The notes beneath the pieces are model-generated. The model was not told the DNA's origin. It worked only from the letters and a program-made list of their open reading frames with translations, and did not search any database. The position numbers and the translations under genes are program-made. 32,466 bases of DNA from a virus, in the IMG/VR virus record IMGVR_UViG_3300049823_000224, positions 1-32,466 of that record. The stretch is one strand, 5' to 3'. This document shows, piece by piece, positions 17,665-23,414 of the stretch. The stretch's first letter is position 1. Every line of letters starts with the position of its first letter.

Positions 17665-17958
17665 ATGGATAAGGTCAAAACGCTTTTAATTACACTCCAC
17701 CAATGGTCATTGAGCCACCCGCGGCTTGTAAAGCCACTGCATACATTTTGGCAAACCTTTGTGGGTATTTTCGCGGCCGCCGCGCTGCCTATCCTCAACA
17801 CGATACCCGCAATCCATAGCGCCAGCGATCTTAAAGTCGCCGTGGTGTCGCTTATTGCCGCTGCCCTCGCGTCTGCGCTTAGTGCCGCTAAAAATAGCCT
17901 GTGGCCGATGATTGTAGCTTGGGCTACTTCACAAGCCAACCATATTTCAACGCCGTAA
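17665..17958 (+). CDS. Holin-like membrane protein
   Basis: 97 aa with 2-3 hydrophobic segments, immediately after the endolysin. Confidence 0.55.
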   Translation: MDKVKTLLITLHQWSLSHPRLVKPLHTFWQTFVGIFAAAALPILNTIPAIHSASDLKVAVVSLIAAALASALSAAKNSLWPMIVAWATSQANHISTP

Positions 17959-17977
17959 AACAAAAACCATTAAACCG

Positions 17978-18008
17978 AAAAGCCCCCTCTCGCACAGGGG
18001 GCTTTTTA
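17978..18008. terminator. Bidirectional rho-independent terminator between convergent holin and HNH genes
   Basis: agccccct/agggggct 8-bp stem (17981-17988 / 17996-18003) flanked by an A-run and a T-run. Confidence 0.85.
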
Positions 18009-18050
18009 GTCGGTACTGTTTATTTTTACAGTAACCCGAATATGTTAGCA

Positions 18051-18431
18051 CTAATCTTTGACCTGTTCAACATCACGGCTGCCCTTTAGCATATTGCACC
18101 ACCAGCACGCCGGCTTTAGATTATCAATGTCAAAGCGTTTACTCGGATCGCGCGACCGGCTAACGACATGATCCAATGTCAGCATGGATATATCAATCTG
18201 GCCCGGACATTTCGGGCTAATCCGCAAATAGCACTCCCAGTATTTATCGTTAATCGGTGGGGGGTTTTTCCTAATCCAGGTCTTGCGGGTCATATCCCAT
18301 TGCTTGGCGTATTTGCCGCGCTTTTTGAGCTTTGGGCGCTCGGCCTGTTTTTTCGGGTGCTTAAAGCACTGGTATGGAAAATGCCCGCGGGAGCCACACC
18401 ACTTGCAGGGCTTTTTTGGGAAACGGTCCAT
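18051..18431 (-). CDS. HNH endonuclease with an N-terminal CCHC zinc knuckle
   Basis: CKWCGSRGHFPYQC ... LDHVVSRSRDP...DNLKPACWWCNMLKG. Confidence 0.8.
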   Translation of the reverse strand: MDRFPKKPCKWCGSRGHFPYQCFKHPKKQAERPKLKKRGKYAKQWDMTRKTWIRKNPPPINDKYWECYLRISPKCPGQIDISMLTLDHVVSRSRDPSKRFDIDNLKPACWWCNMLKGSRDVEQVKD

Positions 18432-18488
18432 TTGTCTATCTGTTTTCCCCGTTTAATATTTCCATTATAACGTAGGTAGTGCTTATGG

Positions 18489-18497
18489 TGATATAAT
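18489..18497 (+). promoter_or_regulatory. Extended -10 promoter TGATATAAT upstream of the packaging operon
   Basis: TATAAT at 18492-18497; ~45-nt leader with SD GAAAGGA. Confidence 0.6.
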
Positions 18498-18533
18498 AAC
18501 CCCACACCGTATTACGGGAACTAACCCGGTTAA

Positions 18534-18552
18534 GAAAGGAAAAACGGCTATG
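18534..18552 (+). repeat. 19-nt translation-initiation region GAAAGGAAAAACGGCTATG, copy 2 (ParB-like gene)
   Basis: Identical 19-mer at 2126-2144. Confidence 0.85.
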
Positions 18553-19059
18553 GCAAATAAGCAACAACCAGAGGTAAGCGTAAAAACTTATATAGAAAAG
18601 ATTGACAAACTAATAGCCAACGACGCCAACCCGCGCAAGATCAGCCGGGAGGCATACGAAAAGCTAAAAAAATCACTAAAAGATTTTCCCGAAATGAAAC
18701 AACTGCGGGAAATTGTCGTAGATGAGAACTTGCAAATCTTGGGCGGTCATCAGCGCATTTACGCGCTCAAGGATTTGGGCTACCAAGACGTGACCGTGAA
18801 ACAGGTCTTTGGCCTGACCGACAAGCAAAAGCGCGAGTTTATGATAAAGGATAATACCGCGTCAGGCACATGGGACACCGACATTTTAGCCAACCAATTT
18901 GACCTTGCCGAACTGAAAAACTGGGGTGTACCAGATTTTGGCGACCTTGGCGGTGAAAAAGAAAAAGAGAAACCGACCGGCGGCGACCGCGAGTGTCTTT
19001 GTCCGGCATGTGGCTATCAAGGCCCGGCCGACGAGTTTAACCCCAACACCAACAATTAG
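18550..19059 (+). CDS. ParB/Srx-like nuclease-domain protein with a C-terminal Zn-ribbon
   Basis: NPRKISREAYEKLKKSL...ILGGHQRIYALKDLGY; CLCPACGY. Confidence 0.7.
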   Translation: MANKQQPEVSVKTYIEKIDKLIANDANPRKISREAYEKLKKSLKDFPEMKQLREIVVDENLQILGGHQRIYALKDLGYQDVTVKQVFGLTDKQKREFMIKDNTASGTWDTDILANQFDLAELKNWGVPDFGDLGGEKEKEKPTGGDRECLCPACGYQGPADEFNPNTNN

Positions 19060-19069
19060 GTAATACTTC

Positions 19070-19807
19070 ATGGCGGTAGAAAGGGGTAAGCAGACGGCGC
19101 CGCCGGCACCCAAGGCCACGGCGAAAAAAACGGCGACCAAAAAGGCGCCGGTTAAAAAGTCTGCCAAAAAAAAGCCAGCCGCCAAGTTTACTGTCGTTGA
19201 TTTTGAGAAGTTTTTTTATAAATTACCGATTGAGGACTTAGTAGAATATACGAAACTTTGGAGCGAGCGCAGCCTAAAGATCAAGATACCCAAACATGAA
19301 AATTACGATGACTGGCTAAATTATTTCAAAACACTTAGCCCCAGCACCATACGCCAACTGGCCATAACCGGCGTGGATTTTCTGCCAACCGAGGGCTATG
19401 CCGCCTTGAGCCGTTGGCACGACATAATCAAAAGCCCCCACCGTATTGATAAAATCCACCAAGCCGGCCTGACAGGGCAACCAGACAAAACCAAAAAATC
19501 TATACGCGAATTAGCCGCACAGGGCGACCGTATGGGCGTTTTGTGTGCCGTCCGCGACCAACTAGCGGAGCAAATGGAAAAACGCGCCTCGCCGCGTGAT
19601 ACGGCCTCGCTGGCCCGCGAAATGGGCGACATACTGGATCAAATAGCCGAGCTTGAAAAGCGCAGCGGTCCTAGAAAAGGCACCAAGGTGTCTGAACTGC
19701 TTACCGAGTTTGACGTTAAGCGCAAACGACCGGGCAAGAATGGCGGCGGCGCGCGCAACACCAGCTTTAGGGCGCGCACGACCATTAAAGACGTGGAGGG
19801 CAGTTAA
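19070..19807 (+). CDS. terS: Terminase small subunit (putative) with a Lys/Ala-rich N-terminal tail
   Basis: Immediately upstream of, and abutting, terL; APKATAKKTATKKAPVKKSAKKKPAAK; helical C-terminus. Confidence 0.5.
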   Translation: MAVERGKQTAPPAPKATAKKTATKKAPVKKSAKKKPAAKFTVVDFEKFFYKLPIEDLVEYTKLWSERSLKIKIPKHENYDDWLNYFKTLSPSTIRQLAITGVDFLPTEGYAALSRWHDIIKSPHRIDKIHQAGLTGQPDKTKKSIRELAAQGDRMGVLCAVRDQLAEQMEKRASPRDTASLAREMGDILDQIAELEKRSGPRKGTKVSELLTEFDVKRKRPGKNGGGARNTSFRARTTIKDVEGS

Positions 19808-21289
19808 ATGCCGCGCAAAGGATATAAAAAGCGGTTTGGCAACCAAAAACCCCGCATTGATATTTACAATGACGGCGATATATGGCTGGCCGAACAGACC
19901 ATAGAGCTGTTAGACCACTACGGCATTGAGTTATTGCCTTGGCAGCGGTCCGTGCTTTACAGGTGGCTGGCGGTCGTTGATGACGGCGAGGGCGGCTGGA
20001 AGTGGGCCAACCCTGATTGCGGACTAAGCGTGCCACGCCAGAACGGCAAGACGGAGCTGTTAATCGCCCGTATCATTGGCGGCGTTGTATTCTTGGGTGA
20101 GGCGATAGTCTATACCGCCCAAAGCGTCAACACTGTGGAGGAAATTAAGCGCCGGGTGCTGCGCTTTTTCTATGACGCCGAGCAGGAAATTAACGAAATG
20201 ATGACGGACGAGTTTAAGGGCGAGCCGCGCAGCCTGGACTACATAGAGCTTAGAAACCATGGCCGCTGTATTTTCCGTACCCGGACGCGCACCAACGGCC
20301 TTGGCTCAAGCAACGATACCCTGCTAAACGACGAGGCGCAGGAATATACCGACGCCCAGCAAGAGGCATTATTACCGACCTTGGCCGCCGGCAAGAACCA
20401 GAACCGCCAGACGATTGCCGTAGGTACTCCGCCAACAGCTGGAACCAGCGGCACGGTTTGGGTCCGAACCCGCACAGCGGTGCTTGAGGGCAAGACAGCC
20501 AATTACTGCTGGCAAGAGTGGAGCGTTGCGACAATCACCGATCCGAGCGACCAGGAAGCCTGGTTTGAGGCTAACCCCAGCCTTGGGTATTTCCTGATGT
20601 TATCGGCGGTCCGAACCGAAAGCACCACCATGGCTACCGACAGCTTTAACAAAATGCGCCTTGGCTGGTATGCCGGCGTTGAGAATATGCGCGCCATATC
20701 TGATGACCAATGGAACCCGCTAGCTGTCACGGAGGTTAATTTGCCAGCTAACCCAAACATCGCTTATGCCGTGAAGTTTGCGCCCGACGGTAGCGCAGTC
20801 AGCCTGGCTGTAGCTGTAATAATGCCCGATACAAGGGTACACGTTGAGATTATAGAGCGCCGACCAATGAACGCCGGCATTAACTGGATCGCCGCCTGGC
20901 TATTGGAGCGCTGGCGCAAGTGCAACAAAATCATCATTGACGGCGCCGCCGGCACCCAGCTATTGGTTGAGGAGCTGGTGCGATCCGAGCGTAAAATCAG
21001 CAAGCGGATATTAACGCCCAATGCCCGCGAGGCCGGCGCGGCATACGCCGGATTTTATAACGCCATAGACAACCAGACGCTAACCCATTTCAACCAGCCA
21101 GCCCTTAACCTGTCCATACGCACAGTCAAAAAGCGGCCGATAGGCCGGGACGGCGCTTTTGGGTATGCGGCTATGAATAGCGATATACAGAGCGACCCAA
21201 CCGAGGCAGTGGCCTGGGCCCACTATGCCGCCGTGCGTTTCAAAAAAGAGCGCCCAGCGGGTGGTACTGGCCAATCGGTCATGATATGA
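19808..21289 (+). CDS. terL: Terminase large subunit
   Basis: Walker A VPRQNGKTEL, Walker B-like LLNDEAQEY, 493 aa. Confidence 0.9.
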   Translation: MPRKGYKKRFGNQKPRIDIYNDGDIWLAEQTIELLDHYGIELLPWQRSVLYRWLAVVDDGEGGWKWANPDCGLSVPRQNGKTELLIARIIGGVVFLGEAIVYTAQSVNTVEEIKRRVLRFFYDAEQEINEMMTDEFKGEPRSLDYIELRNHGRCIFRTRTRTNGLGSSNDTLLNDEAQEYTDAQQEALLPTLAAGKNQNRQTIAVGTPPTAGTSGTVWVRTRTAVLEGKTANYCWQEWSVATITDPSDQEAWFEANPSLGYFLMLSAVRTESTTMATDSFNKMRLGWYAGVENMRAISDDQWNPLAVTEVNLPANPNIAYAVKFAPDGSAVSLAVAVIMPDTRVHVEIIERRPMNAGINWIAAWLLERWRKCNKIIIDGAAGTQLLVEELVRSERKISKRILTPNAREAGAAYAGFYNAIDNQTLTHFNQPALNLSIRTVKKRPIGRDGAFGYAAMNSDIQSDPTEAVAWAHYAAVRFKKERPAGGTGQSVMI

Positions 21290-21350
21290 TGTTCGCTAGG
21301 TGCGGCAGGTGTCCAACCAGATGTACCTACAAACTCCAATTTGGCAAAAA

Positions 21351-21380
21351 CGTGCTGGCTTACGCCGGCCGTTTTTGTTT
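21351..21380 (+). terminator. Rho-independent terminator after terL
   Basis: gctggc/gccggc stem (one G-U pair), loop ttac, then GTTTTTGTTT. Confidence 0.7.
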
Positions 21381-21381
21381 G

Positions 21382-21390
21382 TGATAGAAT
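21382..21390 (+). promoter_or_regulatory. Extended -10 promoter TGATAGAAT
   Basis: Read directly, immediately after the terminator. Confidence 0.45.
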
Positions 21391-21396
21391 TATTAA

Positions 21397-21540
21397 GTGA
21401 AAGCCTATTAACGCCGACAGAGTGGATCAAGGGCAAATATGCTGGCAGCTCCCACCACCGGCGAGCTATGCGCGCAATCTGCGGCCGCGGAACGTTGCAG
21501 CTTTAGGCACGGCACCAACCGCCTTTGGGGCGGTTTTTGC
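21397..21540 (+). ncRNA. Candidate ~145-nt stand-alone transcript (sRNA or micro-ORF) bounded by a promoter and a terminator
   Basis: Promoter at 21382-21390 and terminator at 21517-21540; only a weakly supported 39-codon ORF (21439..21558) lies inside. Confidence 0.3.
21517..21540 (+). terminator. Rho-independent terminator
   Basis: aaccgcc/ggcggtt stem, 5-nt loop, TTTTT. Confidence 0.75.
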
Positions 21541-21547
21541 TTTGCGC

Positions 21548-21559
21548 TTATGCTATAGT
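21548..21559 (+). promoter_or_regulatory. Extended -10 promoter TTATGCTATAGT; ATG 21566 lies 7 nt downstream (leaderless)
   Basis: TATAGT at 21554-21559. Confidence 0.6.
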
Positions 21560-21565
21560 CAAACC

Positions 21566-21895
21566 ATGGAAAAACCAACAATCCGTCCATACGAAAAGAG
21601 CGCCATTGCTGACACAGCCGAGCGCGCCAAAAGACTAGCACCGCACATACACCATTACGCCGGCCGCCTAGCGGCACCAACCGCCCATATGAGCGACGGA
21701 CGACCGCTATATTTAGCCGATCCGCCCGAACATGGCTATGTTATCGGCGACAAGCCAGAACCAGCACCTGTGGAGCGTGAGGAGGATTTAGGCGTACTTG
21801 GTCCGCCAATCAGCCAACAACCAAAAATCTCTATCACCGACGGGGTGCCAATAATCCGCGAGGCGCCACCAGACCCACCACCATTGGCGGCATAA
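21566..21895 (+). CDS. Hypothetical Pro-rich protein (109 aa)
   Basis: ORF 21422..21895 trimmed: the upstream extension crosses a terminator and a promoter. Confidence 0.5.
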   Translation: MEKPTIRPYEKSAIADTAERAKRLAPHIHHYAGRLAAPTAHMSDGRPLYLADPPEHGYVIGDKPEPAPVEREEDLGVLGPPISQQPKISITDGVPIIREAPPDPPPLAA

Positions 21896-21950
21896 AATGG
21901 TAATTTATCAGTGTATACGCCACGGCTATAGCTCAACCGAGCCAGGCCGG

Positions 21951-21958
21951 TGTATAAT
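21951..21958 (+). promoter_or_regulatory. -10-like element TGTATAAT
   Basis: Read directly; GGAG at 21983-21986 and ATG 21994 downstream. Confidence 0.4.
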
Positions 21959-21993
21959 CTGCGGAGGGAAATTAAAAAAATCGGAGCCGATAC

Positions 21994-22152
21994 ATGGCAT
22001 ACGCAAAGCAGGGAATTGAAAAAGGCATACCGGCGCTGGTCTGTGTCCGCACCGATAAAAAACTTATTATCAAGGGCAAGCGCTACACCCTGCTCAAGAT
22101 GTTTTATGACACTAAGGGCGAGTATATGCCGATAGTCAAAAAGCACCCCTAA
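21994..22152 (+). CDS. Small hypothetical protein (52 aa; below the track cut-off)
   Basis: Manual translation MAYAKQGIEKGIPALVCVRTDKKLIIKGKRYTLLKMFYDTKGEYMPIVKKHP; GGAG RBS. Confidence 0.4.
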   Translation: MAYAKQGIEKGIPALVCVRTDKKLIIKGKRYTLLKMFYDTKGEYMPIVKKHP

Positions 22153-22157
22153 TTGCG

Positions 22158-22186
22158 TTGACAAAATCCGCCAAGTGTGCTATTAT
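22158..22186 (+). promoter_or_regulatory. Near-consensus sigma70 promoter TTGACA-17-(TGc)TATTAT; ATG 22193 lies 7 nt downstream (leaderless)
   Basis: TTGACA at 22158-22163, TATTAT at 22181-22186. Confidence 0.7.
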
Positions 22187-22192
22187 ACAATC

Positions 22193-22372
22193 ATGATGAA
22201 ATTAACACAAATCATCAAAGCAAAATACTTTACCTACCAGCCCGGCGACTTTCTGCCGATATACCGCGACGGCAAACTAGCCAACGCCCGCGAGTTTCAC
22301 GCCTACCGCATTGGTTGGATATTAAAACATCGCCGTGCGGCAATATATCAATTTACGCATTTTGCCGGGTAG
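22193..22372 (+). CDS. Small hypothetical protein (59 aa)
   Basis: ORF 22175..22372 trimmed to ATG 22193. Confidence 0.5.
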   Translation: MMKLTQIIKAKYFTYQPGDFLPIYRDGKLANAREFHAYRIGWILKHRRAAIYQFTHFAG

Positions 22373-22374
22373 CC

Positions 22375-22500
22375 ATGAAATGCGCAAATTGCGGTGGTCC
22401 GGTCTACGACCATAAAAGCAGTGTGCCAGATCGCAATATTTTGCTATGGACTTGCGACTGTTTGCCGCGGCAATTAAGCACAGGTTATTCACAGCCTTAA
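22375..22500 (+). CDS. Small Cys-rich (Zn-ribbon-like) protein (41 aa)
   Basis: MKCANCGG...WTCDC; starts 2 nt after the upstream stop. Confidence 0.4.
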   Translation: MKCANCGGPVYDHKSSVPDRNILLWTCDCLPRQLSTGYSQP

Positions 22501-22587
22501 CGGCGTCTAGTGCTGGTATTGTTTCCACAGCGCTATATGTGCCGGTTGCGCCGATCATAATATTTGCCTATAATAGCCAATCCAGTC

Positions 22588-22598
22588 GTACAAGTTCA
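22588..22598 (+). repeat. Direct repeat GTACAAGTTCA, copy 1
   Basis: Exact 11-mer also present at 22736-22746. Confidence 0.8.
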
Positions 22599-22735
22599 AA
22601 CCCTTAGAGGCGACACAAAAAAATCAGTTAAGGGGCCACACTCAAACTCAGGCGAAAGCGGAGGAGTGAACAGGCACTATACAGAAAACAAAAAGACCGC
22701 CAGTGACGACTAGCGGCCTCTTGCGCCCGTGGGCT

Positions 22736-22746
22736 GTACAAGTTCA
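22736..22746 (+). repeat. Direct repeat GTACAAGTTCA, copy 2
   Basis: Exact 11-mer, 148 bp downstream of copy 1. Confidence 0.8.
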
Positions 22747-22857
22747 CGAGGCTAGTATAGATATTGCCTAGCACATTGTCAATTAAAAACTGTCTTACTT
22801 AACCAAGTACCAGCCTAAATCTATGGCTCAAGACGAAAGAGTGATAGTGTTATAACC

Positions 22858-23049
22858 ATGAGAGTTAATACAACACGTATAGGCCGGGTGCTACAGCTCT
22901 ACAGCCAAATGGTTGAGCGCCAACCTTTCGGCCGGCATACGCGCGACAAAAAAGAAATGCGAGCAAACTGCGAATGGGTCCGCCGCGCCGAGGCTTGGGG
23001 TGAGCGCCATGTTGATGCTTGGGGCTACTTCATGGGGCTTTATCAATAA
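22858..23049 (+). CDS. Possible small protein (63 aa)
   Basis: ORF track only; competes with overlapping ORF 22913..23098; no SD. Confidence 0.3.
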   Translation: MRVNTTRIGRVLQLYSQMVERQPFGRHTRDKKEMRANCEWVRRAEAWGERHVDAWGYFMGLYQ

Positions 23050-23136
23050 AATACTTGCAATCATTACCATTATGTGCGTAATATTAGGTAACTCTTAAAA
23101 ACTTAGAAACGCCAAAAACGAATTGGAGGCAAAACA

Positions 23137-23238
23137 ATGTTACTAAAATTAGCAATATGGTATATCAACCGGGTAGCCACTGGCGTGCCGGCGCAACCAC
23201 ACTTTGACCCGACCACCGATAAAGTAATTTGGACTTGA
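23137..23238 (+). CDS. Possible micro-protein (33 aa)
   Basis: GGAGG at 23125-23129, 7 nt before the ATG; MLLKLAIWYINRVATGVPAQPHFDPTTDKVIWT. Confidence 0.3.
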   Translation: MLLKLAIWYINRVATGVPAQPHFDPTTDKVIWT

Positions 23239-23263
23239 CAGCCAAAACGGTAGGGGGTATATT
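23235..23263 (+). promoter_or_regulatory. Near-consensus sigma70 promoter TTGACA-17-TATATT for the long early operon
   Basis: TTGACA at 23235-23240, TATATT at 23258-23263. Confidence 0.7.
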
Positions 23264-23296
23264 GGCTGGGTAAGCATAAATCAAATTGGAGCAAAT

Positions 23297-23413
23297 ATGC
23301 AGCACGACCAAAAATCAACAACCCAAAAAATTGAAATAGCCGGCATATGGGCCGCAAGCATTGTCTTGCTGGCCTTTTTCATTGCCGCGCAAATAATTAA
23401 GGCTAGGGGGTAA
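23297..23413 (+). CDS. Single-TM micro-protein (38 aa)
   Basis: GGAG at 23288-23291; MQHDQKSTTQKIEIAGIWAASIVLLAFFIAAQIIKARG; its stop lies 1 nt before the next ATG. Confidence 0.5.
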   Translation: MQHDQKSTTQKIEIAGIWAASIVLLAFFIAAQIIKARG

Positions 23414-23414
23414 C

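Larger units (their letters stand above)
22581..22800 (+). ncRNA. Candidate non-coding transcript / regulatory region (boundaries approximate)
   Basis: TATAAT at 22569-22574; I find no ATG on + between ~22575 and 22822; an 11-nt direct repeat lies inside. Confidence 0.25.

Noticed and set aside
21300-21565. ORF 21300..21506 and the N-terminal extension of ORF 21422..21895
   Set aside because: Both read through intrinsic terminators and a promoter. The downstream gene has a well-placed leaderless start at 21566.
22585-22760. tRNA or tmRNA-like element suggested by GTTCAAA and GTTCACG (T-loop-like) motifs
   Set aside because: The five bases either side of each putative T-loop are not complementary, and no acceptor or anticodon arm could be drawn. 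I found no tRNA gene anywhere in the window.
23103-23357. 84-aa minus-strand ORF in the region upstream of the early operon
   Set aside because: It has no RBS and an odd composition. It overlaps a near-consensus + strand promoter and two + strand micro-ORFs that have good SD sites.
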